Position numbers and translations under genes: made by a program. DNA of 64,000 bases from Eimeria praecox (taxonomy: Eukaryota): positions 1,674,001-1,738,000 of the forward strand of contig OY986947.1 of the NCBI GenBank assembly GCA_963920595.1. Direction: 5' to 3'. Below are positions 13,567-34,308 of this stretch, one piece after another. How positions within the stretch are numbered: the stretch's first letter is position 1; every line of letters begins with the position of its first letter. The notes beneath the pieces were generated by a model that was not told the DNA's origin, searched no databases, and saw only the letters and a program-made list of their open reading frames with translations.

Positions 13567-14919
13567 TGTGCAGCGGCAACGGCATCCCACCGTACGCAGT
13601 GCGGTGTATATACAGCGCAACAGACACAAAGGATGGGGTTAAATGTAAAGGATTGAACGGAGTGAAGACAGTTTATTCTTGTACAACTTTCCCCGACGAG
13701 CTTCAGAGCTGCACGAGGTGGCGAGACACCGCAGCACTGCTGCTGCAGGTGATGACTGCCAGTTGCAAGGGGACCCCTGAGACTGAATGAGCAATTAAAG
13801 GTACAATTGTTTATTTTTTTGTCTTTTACTTCTTTGCAACTTCACAAAAGCTGAAAAAATAGTCATTTTAAACCCGCAGAGGCCAACAGCGCGTGGCTGG
13901 CCCCCAAACCCGATTGAGTGCAAGCCTGGGGTCGCTGGCTGACGGGGTTGAGGATTGCACTAAATTTGCCCTTCCTTTTCACTTTATTTATTAAATTTGT
14001 GTTGTTTTCTCTTTTTTATATTCATATTTTATAAATTAATCAACAAGAACAAGTCACCACATTTCGACTGACTACCGCTGCACACAGCAAAGAGCTCGCA
14101 CAACAGCAATAGGCTGTGCTGGTGCTGTCTTGCAGCAGTAGCAGAAGCGAATCTCCCTTTTTCTGGGGTGTTTAGAAGTAGAATAAAGTAAAAAGAAATG
14201 AAGAAGACAGTTTTAATAGAAAAGGAGATATATGAGATGCTATGCATGCATGGAAGGAGAAACCTCCCGCTGGACTGCCTTCGCAGTTGCGGCTCTTGGA
14301 CCCTACGGCCGACTCGAGTCAAGTGTATTGCTGAATGGCTGAGGTGTCTGCTGCAATTTCAGATAAAATATCAATTAAAATGTGCATAAAAGACACTATA
14401 TCATTCCTTAGTTAATAAAACCCATCCCAGTTGCCCTCGTGGAGGACTCCGAGGCCCCGTGCTCAAGGGACGGTGCTGCTGCATCTTTTGAGTTCAGCAA
14501 AAAAAAATAAATCGTTCGTCGGTGTTGTTCAAACACAAAAGATAATTTGATAGCCATGTGGTGTTTGCTGCTGCTGGCTGCTGCTAGTTAGGTCGTGACG
14601 TGCTGTGGGACCCCTGCATCGACAGAACCACTGGTCAGCAGCCCCGCGTGCAATGCCGAAAAGGAAGATTAAACTCATCGAGTCACTTCATATACAGACC
14701 ATCAGGTGCAAATTACGTTAATAAAGTTATTTCACAACTCATGGATTTCATACAATATCGCCCTCAAGGTGGCAGCCTGCAGTGGGAGCGAACGGCGGGA
14801 GCCGTCGCATTTTTAGAGATGACAGCTTTGTGACGAAAGTTAAAAAAGAAGGGCAAATATTTATTTTGTGGTAGCAGATTCATTTCTGCACGAGCCTAAA
14901 TGGACGTAAATGCATGTGG

Positions 14920-17611
14920 CAGATCACTATGAAATCTGCCCGGTGGTGTTCAACTTCTGCGGTGTCTGTACACCGGGAAGCGGTGCTCCTGTGCACCTGG
15001 TTCTATGCGAAAGAAGCTGGATGGAAGCAGAGGATTATCGACCATGCGGCCGAAATTAAGTGCAAATAGGGCTTAACCCGTTACGGGATGATGATTATTT
15101 TGCTTTTAAAGATCTGTTTTTGTGTTTTGCTGCCACATTTTTGCCACAGTGCCCCTCAGTACTCTCATCACGACCAGAAACGCCAGCATGCCACCGCTTG
15201 GGAGGAGGAAGCTATTCTCCCAATTCACCCCCCAGATCACTCAAATTCAGGTCGCGTGGGTAATACTTTGTTATTTCATTAGTTGGTCCCGCAAAAATAC
15301 AAAAAACCTGCACTTTCTTCTCAGCCCGGTTTGAACGGTTGCCTTGTCATGACTGGTCGGCGCTGCTTCGGCTCGAACGCCGTCGTCTTCTGCAGGTCTT
15401 AAGCTGTGAAATTTAATTATTGTTCTAAGTATATAATTTTTTATTTATTGAACGTACAGGAGATCAAGCGGCTGGCCGCGAAGTCCATGCACACCCGAAA
15501 ACAACTCGAACGGGTAGTTGGCAACGCGGTGGTTCTGAGTTTCTTGAGAGCGAATCAAAAATGGGTTACCGACGAAAAGATCGAAGGTGCTTTCTAAAAC
15601 TATCATGTCTGCATTTTATTAATTTATGTATAGCCCTGAACACTCCCTCACTCTCAAACCTGCACAGGGATGATTGAGCGGGAACGGGAGCAGCTGCAGG
15701 TCAGTTTCAAATCAGCATCCATCCACCTGAAGTTTTTAAATGTAAACAAAAACTTCTTCCGGTAGTCTAAGCTATCCAAGCAGATCCACGAGAGTGCACG
15801 GGACTTCGAAACAAACGCCGAAGAGGCCATGGAAGAGGAGCAAAAAACAACAGGTGTTACTTGTTGCTGCTTTGCATGCAGCGCGTTGTTGTATATCTAC
15901 CAATGCAGCTGCCTGTGCCCCTGGCAAAAGGAAAATCGTAGTCGTAGAAGAAGGTCCGTCTATCACATTTCGTTTCTTGCTTATCAAGTTCTTCTAATAA
16001 ACAGCAGCAGCACCAGCACCGCCGGCAGCAGCAGCAGCACCAGCAGCAGCAGCAGGACCTGAGGTGCCACATGAGCCCCATCCTTCACCGACTCCCCCTC
16101 CTCAAATTCAAATCATTCCATTTCCTGTCCCCGTGCGTAAAGAAGAAGTTGAGGGAGAATCTATAGGAGAGAGGAGAGAGAAGACAGAAGAAAGACACGA
16201 AGAAGAACATCACGAACACAAAATACTGCCAGGAATGAAGTTGCCACCTGCTCACAAACACATGAAGCCGCTTCCTTATAAAGAGACGTTGAAGACAGGG
16301 GAAAGAATGGAAGCAGAAGAGATGGAAAGGCCAGAAGAAGAAGAAAAAAGATATGAAGAAAAAGAATTGAAAATAACTCACAAGACACCCGAAGTTCCTG
16401 AGGAAGAGGAGGAAGAAGAGGTCTGTCTCCTGCGCTGTCTGCTGTTCGTAATCATAGAAAGTTGATAAATACAATATATATAATATCTAAATGACTTAGC
16501 CTCTAGGACCTGTTCGTGAAGAAAAAGAAAAGGAAAAGATTAGAGTGAGACAGCTAACACCTCCAAGCCCAGTACAACCACTCAGAGAAATGCACGGGGA
16601 AACGCAGGAAGAAGAAGCAAAGGAGGAGATGAAAGAACAAATTGAAAAACAAAGAGAAAGAAAAAGAGAAAAAGAAGAAGAGAGACAAGGAGAGAAGGAA
16701 GAAGAAGCGGAAAAGAAGGAGGAAGAAGAAAAGAAGAGAGAGGAAGCAGAAGCAGCGGAAGAAGAAGAAAAGAAGAGAGAAGAAGAAGAACAGAAGAGAG
16801 AAGAAGCAGAAGAAAAGAAGAGAGAAGAAGAAGAAGAAAAGAAGAGGGAAGAAGAGGAGAAGGAGAAAGAGGAAGAAGAAAAGAAGAGAGAAGAAGAAGA
16901 AGAAGAAGAAATGAAGAAGGAAGAAAAAGAGATAATGAAGCTGCCTATGCCCCCAATCCCTTCTGAGTATCCCCCGCCCAAAATATCTCCAGAGGTCTGT
17001 TAGTATGTGTTATGAACTTCTTTATTTATTGTTGTTTACTTGTTTACTTGTCTTTGTTTTTACTTGTGTTTGTTTTGCTTTGTATATGTTCTTATGTTCT
17101 TATTTTCTTATAGAATTGTTGTATTTAATTATTTATAGCTACTTAATTTTCCTTCTGCATGCATTAATTCGTTTTATTTCGTATTTATTTTTATTTATTT
17201 TCATACATTTTGTTCCTTCTTAGGATCTACATCCTACCTGGACACCCGAAGAGGCCCCCCCAGAAGCCCCTTACGTAAACCCCAAGTATTCCGAAGAGGA
17301 AAAGGTGAATACTATGAATAATAATTAACTAATTAATCGATTAATTAATTAATTAATTAATTAATTAATTAAATAAAACAAATGAAATACATTTGTGCCT
17401 TGGCTTGATGCGTATCAGGAGGAGCTCATTGCGAAAGAAGAGGCAAAAGAAGGAAAAACAAATATATGGTGCGGTTTGTTTGAACTTGGTTTTGGATTTG
17501 ATTTTTTTGTTTATTTCTCTGTATTAATAATTTAGGATTTGGGTTTATTTCGTCGTTGTTTACCCGGCCATCGTAACCCTGTTGCTCGTGTCGCTGGCCT
17601 GGTTCCTCTAA
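14920..17611 (+). CDS. Multi-exon hypothetical protein with Glu/Lys/Arg-rich coiled-coil repeats and a C-terminal transmembrane helix; 5' end uncertain (may extend to about 14.1 kb)
   Basis: Chain of short GT-AG exons (e.g. EIKRLAAKS..., MIEREREQLQ, about 16000-16420, about 16500-16994 with EEEKKR repeats). The last exon encodes IWVYFVVVYPAIVTLLLVSLAWFL followed by a stop at 17609-17611. Confidence 0.6.
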
Positions 17612-17674
<63 letters not shown>

Positions 17675-18801
17675 GTTTATATGTGTATTGTTTTCTTTCA
17701 AATGAGCAACAACCCAACAAACAAACAATAACTTTTGAATTGGCACTAATTAATAAATTAATTCTAGTTTTGCTTGCACAGGGGAGTCGCGGTTAAGTTT
17801 TTTTCCTTATATATCTTCCCCCTGGGTGCATGATGGTAAATAATATATAATTAATTAATAGCCAGCAACACCAAAGTAAACAACTAAAAGAAGGAACAGC
17901 AAACGCAGATAATCAAGAAGTAAAGAAACGATCCGTAACAGTTAAACGAAGACGGATAAGGGGGGGGGGGGGGGAGCAGAATATAGTGAAGAGGCTAAGC
18001 TTTAATAGCTTCTATCTAAAATCAAATAAATATATGGTTATTTCTGTGGTGTTCACTATTGATATTTCAGACTCTACTATAGGAGTATGAAATATTTCGC
18101 TTCAGCAGCATCTAGTTAGTTGCTGCTGCCACTGAGACTACGTGTGGCCTTCCCTTCTTCTCCGCCTTAATCACCCTTATTGAGAATATTAAGATCCTTT
18201 TTATTTACAAATAAACAAAAATAATAAAATTATTTCCACCCTTCCTTCAGTTATGGGGCAGATCCGCTATGCTACGGTAGCAGCATCACCGCCTCGTGTT
18301 GCCCCCTGTCCTTCCCGACAGCCAGTTTGTGTGTACGGATTGAAATGCGTCTTTCTAAAGAAAACCTGGGGTTAAATTAAAATAAATTATATTCTTTGTG
18401 TCAATAGGCATAATATTTCAACTGATTTTGGGCATTTCTTAGCATTGTTCGGATTATCTTTATCGTCTGCATGCTCGTCGCTGGCCTTCACTTCGCCTAC
18501 ACACATCCCCGAGTCAGCCCCGCCAGGCTTTCTTGTTTTCCACTTCGGAGTGTGTTTTAATTACATATTGAAGTACTTTTGAGTGTTAAATATAATAAAA
18601 TCAAGATCTTGCAGCTTTCTGAGTGCTTTTGCCCCGGAGGGCCTGCACAGCCAAAACCTATATCAGATGCATCGGACCTTCTTCTTCCACGCATCCATCG
18701 CTTGAAGCCCCAGACACGCGCAAAGAAAAGATATAATTGAAGGCATATTAAGTAATTTATCTGTATTTCAGATGCAGTAAATAGATTTTCACCCTGGGAA
18801 T

Positions 18802-21736
18802 ATGAATCCAAAGCAAGGGGAAGCGAAGTCTGCAGATGACCCCAACGGCGTACGGACAGCAAAACAGTTCAAAAGCAATACCAATCATCATGCAGCACCC
18901 CTTCCATTGAAGCAAAACAAGAAGAAAGGAAAGGTTGTCTACTGTCTATGCCACACGAAGTACAGAGTCATCCGGAAGGTCTGTTCGAGCTTCCCTGGGT
19001 GGGTTGAGTGCGAAAACGAAGAAGATGACTGGGTGAGATTTCATAAATATACAGCAAAACAAAAACTAAACAAGAAAATAAAATGATGGCACAAAATGAA
19101 CGATAATTGAGGGTATTTGGGGGAAGGAGATGCAAAAGAGAAGCAGCATAAAGTTAACAGGATCAACAGTGGTATAAACAATAAGCAAATGGGTGAATAC
19201 CCACTCCAAAAAGAGAGGAAAAAACACATTTGAACACAGCAGCAATTGATCTTCAAACCCGGGGCAATTACTAAATATTATTAGTATTTGTTCTTTTATT
19301 CTTCTACCTGCTTATTTTTGCGGTTTCTTCTTCAAATGCTGGTGTGTTTTAATTGCATCAAGCTCATCAACATTTCGTTATTTCGTGCCCTGAGGTTCAT
19401 ATTAGAGGTACTGTACTTCTTAACATGCTCGGATATGCAGCCGAAAACGAGTGCTTTCTCCATTTTTATATCTTTCTTCATCGGCATTCCTGTTGGATTT
19501 ATCAGTTTGTTCGTGGTTTTCTGCCTATGGGGGCCTTCAGGACCTACTTTGGACGGACTCCTCTATAAGCTTAGACAGGCTCCTGAAGATGAAACCTTAC
19601 CAGAAAATTAATCACTTTGTGGGGACGCATGCAATTACCCGGCAAGAAGAACACGTGGAACCCAAAGATAGTTGTTAAAATTAAGCCAGATTAAATACGA
19701 AGCAAACAACAGCATACAGTTCAATTAAATAGACACAAAACAACCACCAAATGCATTTCCTGTCTTTCAAACATTTTTCCCTTGATGGCTACACACAGAG
19801 GAAAGCACCTTGGGCCTATCTATTGTACCAATAGCATTATGCGCTCCCTCTAGATAGGATGCAAGGCATCACCTATATGCAAACCCGCCTGAACAGACAG
19901 TATAATTTAATAATATAATAATACACCTCAATATATTTGTCCTTTTCTTTGTTCTCTTTGATCGTTTTTCAGAAAAAACTACCTGGGCAGGACTCTGCAG
20001 CGCATGAAGTCATACTACCCCAAAGAGTACAAATTCTTCCCATCCACTTTCATTCTGCCTACAGGTGAACTTCAAACCAACACACTCTTCTTCATCTCGG
20101 AACGCTGCTGCTGCTAGCTTCGTTGTTTCACCTCCTTTGTTGCTTTGCTTTTCATTCCATCGTGTTTGTTTGTATCTGCTTCCATCTCCACAGCTGTTTG
20201 TAACTAGATACACGGGAGACATAATGCCAGTTCAAACAAAAACCTAATAAATGGGTGTTTTAATTGCCCAGAGTTTTTCTCGCTGGCTTCTTTGGAAACA
20301 ATTCGCTCAAGTCATCTGTTTAGCACCTAGTTTCTGGCGTGGGTGCCCCAGATATTTTTTGCGTTTCCTCTAGATTCAACTCATTTAATCCTTTCCAACG
20401 TGCATGACTATTGCTATGTGCAGATGGTGGAGCACTACGAGCCCAGTTTGCAGACAGAAGACGAAAAACATTCATCTTGAAGCCGGATAGCGGCAGCCAA
20501 GGGAGGGGAATCTGCTTGGTTCAGAGCGCACAGGAAATCTCTTTTAAAGACCATTTTGTGGCGCAAAGATATATACACAGACCTTTTCTCCTCGATGGCC
20601 TCAAGTTCGACTTGAGGCTCTACCTTCTCCTCACGGGGTGCAACCCCCTACGGGTGCGCTCGAGCTCCAATACAATAGGCTGGGGCAAACTTCAATAATC
20701 TGTTAGAATAACAGAGGACACTGCATTTAAGCTATGTAATAATGTGAAATTGGAAATACAAGCATATATACGGAAAAGAAACCGTAGCCAATACAACTGC
20801 ACTCTGCAATAAACACAACACGAGCAGCCAAACAAGCTGTCAGAGCACTAGGACTTGAAATGAATGGACCAAATTTATATAGAGAATCATAATATATATT
20901 CTAATGAAGAAGATATGCCTTGTCATTCCGTCGAACAAACTTCCTAGATAAACCCAAATGTGGCTTTGCACCGAGTGGCTGGAGCTCCATCTTTCCTGAA
21001 GCACCAAGTGCAGTTATAGGATTACACGGGGAAACAGAAAGGTTCTGAAAATCCACAGGAACACACAAAATACACATCGACTCAAAGTGAACACAGGAAA
21101 GACACGTGTCTGCCTCCATACGGCACCGCAAGAGGAAATGTGTGAATCAAGGTAGAAAAATGCAGCATTGCAGTTGCGCAAACGTTGTATAAATGGCCGC
21201 ACACTCATCGAGAAGGCGTACAGCCCAGTTAAATACCAATTTCGCCTTTATTGTCCATGTATTTCAATTCCAGGACATGGGCTGCAAGGAGAGAAATATG
21301 CTATATGCGTGGTGCTGTAGGGTCTAGGGTTTAGAGCTTTTAAGGGTTTGCATGTGTTCAGTGCATTGTTTTTGTTCTGAAGTTCAGCTTTTTCTACACA
21401 AAGAAGGGCTCGTGAGGTTCGCCACACATGCATACGAAGCTCCAAACCGGCGGAATCGAGGTGACTTATGCATGCACTTGACGAACTACGCAATTAACAA
21501 ATCATCTGCGGACTTTCAACAAACCAAAAACCCTCATGAAGCTGCAGACGGGCACAAGAGGAGCCTCTTCCACGTCATGGAAAGACTTAAACAAGACGTA
21601 AACCCGAAGCCCTAGGTCCTAAAATGCAAACCTCAAACAATGGCCAGAGGCAAAGGTTTATGGTTAACAGTGTATACATAGTATATAGTATATAATGCAT
21701 AATATGAAATATATAATAATATTTTATATTGTACAG

Positions 21737-21777
<41 letters not shown>

Positions 21778-24317
21778 TATAGAATATAGAATATAGAATA
21801 TAGAATATAGAATATAGAATATAGAATATAGAATATAGAATATAGAATATAGAATTTAGAATATAGAATATAGAGTATAGAATATAGAATATAGAATATA
21901 GAATATAGAATATAGAATATAGAATATAGAATATAGAATAAAGAATATAGAATATAGAATATCTATATTCTGGGGTGAAAGCAGACCACCCTACATTGAC
22001 GAAGGTTTTGCATGACACTGGCTTGAAGACAGAACACTTATTTGGCTTGAAGTCATCGCATTTGTTTAACTTGAAGACAGAACACTTGTTTTGTTTATAA
22101 GCATCTGCCAGTTAGCCCATGTTTGTTCTCAGGGAAAAGATGTGGAGTTACTAAAGGAAAAGATTTGTGATATGTTAGTCAAAACCATAATCGGCATTCA
22201 ACCATCCCTGGCGCACATTTACTCCTCATGCCACTCAGAAGATGAAACGGACGGAATGTGTTTTGAGTTGTTTGGGGTCGATGTTCTCCTAGATCATAAG
22301 TTGCAACCTTGGCTTATTGAGGTATTTACACATTATAACTGAATAACTAGCAAACTAAATATATGCATATGCACATATATATACACGACTGAAGGGTCTA
22401 CGTAGCTGCAATCTAAATAGTAGTATAGCATGCTGCATAACATCATATGCTGATATGCCCTTCTTTCTGGGATGTGGCGTGCTTTGATTGCGGTGCGCGG
22501 GTTTGATTTTGAATTGTAACTGCCGCGAATTGGCATTCTTCAAGTTGAATTTAATTAGTTTTTATTCAATTTGCTTCAAGCTGCTCCAATTTAATTTGGT
22601 TCCAGCGGCGGATATTAATTTGCCGAACCGATGCCGTTCCGTTTTTTTGCTTGTCTTCTTCCTTTGTTGGCTTTCAGTTTCATGTCTCCCCATTGAACTC
22701 ACTCACTTTGGCTGAGCTTTTTTCGTCACTTTTCTCCTTCTACTTACTCCTCATAGAACATATTAGATGGATGTTCAACAAGCTGATATCTCTCTTCTGT
22801 TCTCCAGGTTAATCATTCGCCTTCCTTTGCAACGGACAGCGCCCTCGACAAAAAAGTGAAGTTTGAGGTTATTAAAGATGCGCTTCGGCTTGTTGGAGTC
22901 TCAAGTAAAAACAGAAAGAGGTGTGTGTAGCAAATTGCCCTATTATTACTGCTAAAAACATGCATTTAATTCCCCTTCTCCCCTCGAATGCAAGTTCAAG
23001 TGTATTGCCCATATGAGCATTGTAGGGACATTTCGCACCACAGCTGCTCCTCCACTTCTTTTCTCCTGCCCTTTCAGGTTTAACGCTGCTCAGAAAAGCG
23101 TTTTAGAGAGAAATGTAGGGTTGCGTGCTTCCTCTGAAGCGAAACTGAGTCGTCTGCAAGAGAGGGAACAACTCAAAGCTGAGCTGGCCAGACAGCGCAC
23201 GGAATGGGAAGAGAAACGCCTCGGCGGATACACCCGAATATACCCGACTCCAGACTGCGAAACCAAATATAAGCACTTATTCGAAGCAGCCAATGAAATA
23301 TGGGCAAATTCGACTGGCATTTTACGCTCTAGACCTCTGTTTGATAGTTTACACCGAAAACAGCAACAAGACAACAACCCAGCCGCAGCGGACAAAACAA
23401 ATACTAACCCAGAGCCAACAGCAAGCGTACAGCCACGCCAAGTCAACTCACGCGCGCGTCAAAGGGAAGCTGTGCATGGAAGCGGACCCTGCGCATACGG
23501 CTCACGCCAACTCAACAGTAAACAGCAATTAATCAGCAAAACGATGGGCCCATCTGCGCTCCTCAGGAGCCGCAGCACCGCTGTAGCCCCACTTGGCCGC
23601 ATAAAAGAAAGGTCTTCACCCCCCCCATCTTTCAGCTCACCCCGGCAGCAACCGCAACACCAACAGCAGCAAAAGCTGACCAGCCCTCAAGTACAAAACG
23701 CTTCAGGAGATGTGCCTTCGCCTCCTGAAGGGGCAGCAGCTCTCCCGATCTCTCTCTCCTCATTCTGCACAAACGAACTAATCAACAAACAGCATGATTG
23801 CTCCGAGGCGCCGGTGTACGTAAACTGCAAACCAGAGGCAGCCCCCTCGCAGGCATCTACAGAAGAGCCTTCGGAGACGGCAGACACAACTAAGACTTCC
23901 AGTTTTCCTCCTGGCAGCAGCTGCTGCAGCTCCATCTTACTTTCCTCCTTCTCTAAGCTAAGCAGCAATCAAAGCAACAGCAGCAGCGGAGCTACCCGTT
24001 TGCTCCTGAACTTCTCTTCTGAGCGGCAAAAGGACTTGCAGAGTTGCGTTCAAGAGGGTGGTGGACAACGGCGTGTCAAGTCTGAAGTGTACAGACAGTA
24101 CCAGGTGTACAGACACCGCGTGGGGAGCAAAGGGCAGCCTTTGGCTCTTCCGCATGTTGATGTTTCCTTCACTCCCAAGCCAGAGCAAAAACAGCAGAAA
24201 CCAAAATCGCTGGACTCCAGGCCTTTTGCATACTCTTCACAGCAAACAATCCGTGGGAAAGCCACTTTATGCGGTTACAAACGACGAAAACAAGCAAATG
24301 CCGTCAAACCCCTTTGA
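18802..24317 (+). CDS. Tubulin polyglutamylase TTLL6/TTLL13-like; exons 18802-19032, 19541-19641, 19973-20064, 20424-20653, 21388-21597, 22133-22321, 22808-22920, 23078-24317
   Basis: TTL motifs YQKINHF, FILKPDSGSQGRGI, VAQRYI..P.L.DGLKFDLRLY, EGLVRFAT, MHLTNYAINK, CFELFGVDVLLD, PWLIEVNHSPSF. All exon phases are consistent. Confidence 0.93.
21773..21962. repeat. (AGAATAT)n heptamer satellite in a TTLL intron
   Basis: About 27 near-perfect copies following (TA)n(GA)n. Confidence 0.95.
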
Positions 24318-24873
24318 ACTTAATCTTTTGAATGCCTTTTACTGATGCGCTCTATATACATGAATTTCTCCTTATGGAGTGAGTCTTCTCCTTATCGGCG
24401 TATTTTGCTCTTGGCTTATGCTGGCATTGTTTAGTCTAGTGTGCGCCTATTATTCATATAACATATTACCCAGAAGGCAAATGTACATACATCGCACAAG
24501 CCTGCAGTGCAAAGGCAGGCCTTCGCATGCAGTACTCTGTATGTTGCTCGTTTGCATCCTCTCAGCCAATATGTGGATTGTTGTTCGCATTTTCTTGTAG
24601 TCCTTAGCTGCTCTCTTTCTGAACTATTCGCCCCCCCTTGATTTGTCACTATGCGTACGGATTATTGCTTGCTCCCACTGCCACCCCAAACACAGATGAT
24701 ACTTTGTTTTATTCATCTCGATAAGCTTCTGCATCTACTGATTGACTTGTATTCCGTCTTTGTAGGCTCTCCTTGTCTACTTGCTTTCCAACATATTGAC
24801 TACTTATTGCTATTTGGGGTGTATGCCCATACAAAAATATGGTTTGGCCTGTTTTGGGTTTTGTGCAAGTACA

Positions 24874-30904
<6,031 letters not shown>

Positions 30905-33900
30905 GTTGTTCGCAAAGAATGCGGGGTTGAGACAGTTTCATTTCTACACACAGGACGATACAAATTCAAAGGGGAAGAGAATGAACAAGGAAACTCGTTC
31001 TCAAACCCAACTGCATCGATTCCCTGTGAGGACGGGGAACACTCGGCAAATGACCAACTGGTCCATCAGTGTATATTGACATATTGCAAGCATTTACGGC
31101 AGGTATGGAGTAAGGATGCAACGCCATTTGTATATTATTTCCTACGTGTGCAGCACCTCGAAATGAGGGCACGGCATCGCGGCACCCCACGAAATTAAGC
31201 CTGTCTCGCCACTTTTCCAGGCCGTTGTTTGTTCTTCCGTAGGAGGAGTCGAAGTTAAATTCAAATATCCATAAGTTTCAAGACGATAGATGAACCTGTG
31301 GAGGCCTGAACCTGACCCAGTAAATCGCTTCGACGAGGGCCCAGGGGCCCCCAATGGCTTGAGACTATGAAGGCGTCGATGTGCTCGCAGTGAACCACTC
31401 CCTTTTCACCGGAATTCCATTTCATGAATATGATTGTACCTCATTTTTAATATGCATAAGGCTCTGTGCCTTCAGTTGTTGAGGTAGCACCTTATGTAGC
31501 AGTGGTGATCCTTGAGCACAGAACCTGTACGGGAGCCCTGCGTGCTAGCAGAGGACCGTCGTGAGCAGCAATAGGGCCAAATGGCATAATATATGAGCTT
31601 GCCCAAGGCAGCTAGCGTCACATGAAGTCTGCCAGCTAGTTGGAAACAGCGGCCAACGGCGTAGGCTGATACGGAGGCTCGTAGCTCGTGGCATTGTCTG
31701 CCTAATACGTGCATTGTGTGCAGACAGCCTACTGGGGGCCAAGTACGTGTTCAACGATTGTATAGAGTTTTAGTGCAAGCAGCAAAGGGGTTCGTTTGCA
31801 CTTGCGTGCGGCGTTACCTGAGATCGCATTGGCCACACCAGTAAGGCGCATTGCAACTCATGAAAGGCCGCCTCTTCTGCGCATCAGCGGAGGCCCAGAT
31901 GTGGCTGTGCTCAGGAGGCCTGAGTACTGCGGAACGGGGGGGCTCTCAGATGCTTTGTAGGAAGTTCTTTAAGTGCTTTTACTCTAGCGAAACTTATTAT
32001 AAGGCTATGCTAAGAGGAATAAGCCCCGATACACTTCTTAGCACTAAACGGTTCATCGGAGCAGGTACGCAAAACGCACTCCACCCCCCTACCTGCGCTC
32101 CGTGATGCATAAAACTGATTAGTGGCGCAGGCATTCTGCAAAAATTTGGCCACTTTTGCCTCCTCCTTTTTGCCTTCGTTAAGAAGTGTGCATGGGCGAC
32201 CAACATATGGCCACACTGAAGCAAGCACAGTATCTGCATTATATCCAGCAAGGTAAACAGTTTATGAAGCATCTTTCAGCCATTCACGACAGTCAAAATA
32301 TGAGGAGCGCCGCGAAGCAGGGGCAGTGGGAGAGTTCCATGCATCTCTTGAGTTGTCTTTTCGTCTTCACGCTGCTCCCGCAGAGCTATTGTTGCTACAG
32401 TTGTTATTGGCCTTTTCATGGGAATGGGATGCACGGCAATTGTGATTATATCTAAACAAAGGTAGCATTTTCCCAGAGCATATCGAGACTATGAAATCTT
32501 TCCGATATGGCATGCGATGTGGATTGATTCACAGGCCGGCAAGGGAAGTGGCCAAGGCATACCCTATATAAGTTAAACAACGAAAGCAAGAGATAGGGCG
32601 GTACAGAAGTATCAGTCCTTTATTTAGAAGTGCAATGGATAGCTCAGTCTAGCGGGGGAGGGAGCATGCAAGCTCCAGAGGAACTGCTTCGAACAAGCGA
32701 CGCTCAGACGCATGCTCGCGTTGCCGATCTCCTAGCCGTTTGTCGTACTATTTTCGTTTTCTGTGGTCTCTGATAGTAGTGGCATGTGTATTCAAGATAT
32801 AAGTTCCCACCAGTTGTTTCTTCCCGCAATGCCACTGGGAGAACTCCCAGGAACTTGGTCGATCCCATGGCCCTTTTGAAGAAAACCAGCATTTGTGATG
32901 GCATCTCCACATTGGGGTTAAATATAGACTGTAAGGGAACGCGTAAATGAGCAAGCAGGCTTCCGTAGGACCTACCCACCGCATGGCGAGCTTCTTGCAA
33001 CTACTCTTTCTTCTACTCACTCCGAGGAGCTTGTGAATCCAGACAAGTCAAGTTCCCTGCGCTAAAAGTGATTGACGAAATCCGGAGGTCGTAATTCCCA
33101 TCTGTGGTGTTCATGTGTCCTTTTCGTGCATTCTCGCACTGCTGCAAGCTGTGTGCGGAAGTCCGAAACTGCACGCATACGCCAGCAGCTGCGAGCCCAC
33201 GTTGCTCGACCCCACTGGCCCCACTGGCCATGCCTAACGCCTGATCAGGCAACGGTGTCTTAAAGTACGAGCATCACGCAGACCATGCCACACAGGCATC
33301 GGGTTGCATGGCGGCAAATGGCCATTAACGGAACATTCGTTACATCCCTCCCCCTGTGTTGTGAGAAGACTGCCAGAGAACTACGCGTTTAACTGTATGA
33401 CAATTCCCACCTGGCTGCTCACACTAAGGCTGCAGGCAATTGTTGAACGCTTACTTCGCCATCAGTAGCTGGCCCTCATGCATACAGGAGTACACGTGCA
33501 AACATTTTACAGGCCTCGCTGTGCACGTCATGCTGCAGTCATCCTTCTAAGGTCTTGTTTAGGCAGCGCACCAGATTTGATGCGATTACTTGCTGTGCCT
33601 CTCTAATTAAGCGCATATGAAGTTCTGTGTTTCTACGTCCTTGCTTGAGACAGGAACCCGTGCGTGTGGGAAATGCACCGCGCCAACAGCAAGTGGCAGT
33701 CACAACCCCAAAGGCAATCCCACAAGCAGAAAGAACAAGTTACAGAATAAGGGATTGATTGTAGTTTATTAATTCAACTTAATAAGCGTCAATTGTGCTG
33801 GATGTTTACTACTAGTCGGCCACCACCGCTGATGGTCACGAACACGGGGTGTGCAGGAACGCCACACACTGACACGTCTCGACACGCAGTTCGAGGGAAG

Positions 33901-34308
33901 GAAGACACTGGCTACGAATGTTGAATCTACGCGCCATTCATTGGGCTTTACTTTTGGCCTTCTGCTGTTATTAATTCGTTTTTATGCATTTGACGAAGAA
34001 TCGTATATTCTGGTTCAGGAATCTCACGCACCGCAATACGGGGGAGCGGCGAACCTGCATGTCTGGGCGTGCACTTCCTTCATCAACAGAAATCATTCTT
34101 CTGCGTAATACCAGCTCTGGTTTCATACAAAGAGTGCAAAGAACAGGCATGCCAAGTGATTTCCTTCAGAAGCACCCCTCACGATTTGCGACACAGTTGT
34201 ATGCAGTTCAAGGTGCGGTGCTACCAGTGCACACTTATTTGGGGGGTTGCGGGACATTACATCTCTTCTTTGGGAAAACTGCTGTGCAATCTTTTTCGTT
34301 GTTTCAGG

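Larger units (their letters stand above)
1..18000. repeat. Repeat-rich (R-type) segment: CAG/GCA triplet tracts in exons, (TA)n, (GA)n, (TTAA)n, (TTTG)n/(TTTA)n in introns
   Basis: (TA)n 103-165 and 5829-5906, (GA)n 431-560, (TTAA)n about 2020-2086, many CAG runs. Density falls sharply after about 18-30 kb; the boundary is approximate. Confidence 0.9.

Noticed and set aside
258..13656. Many poly-L/C/S/Q/YI/RE ORFs in alternative frames and strands
   Set aside because: They are by-products of CAG, TA and GA microsatellites, which lack stop codons.
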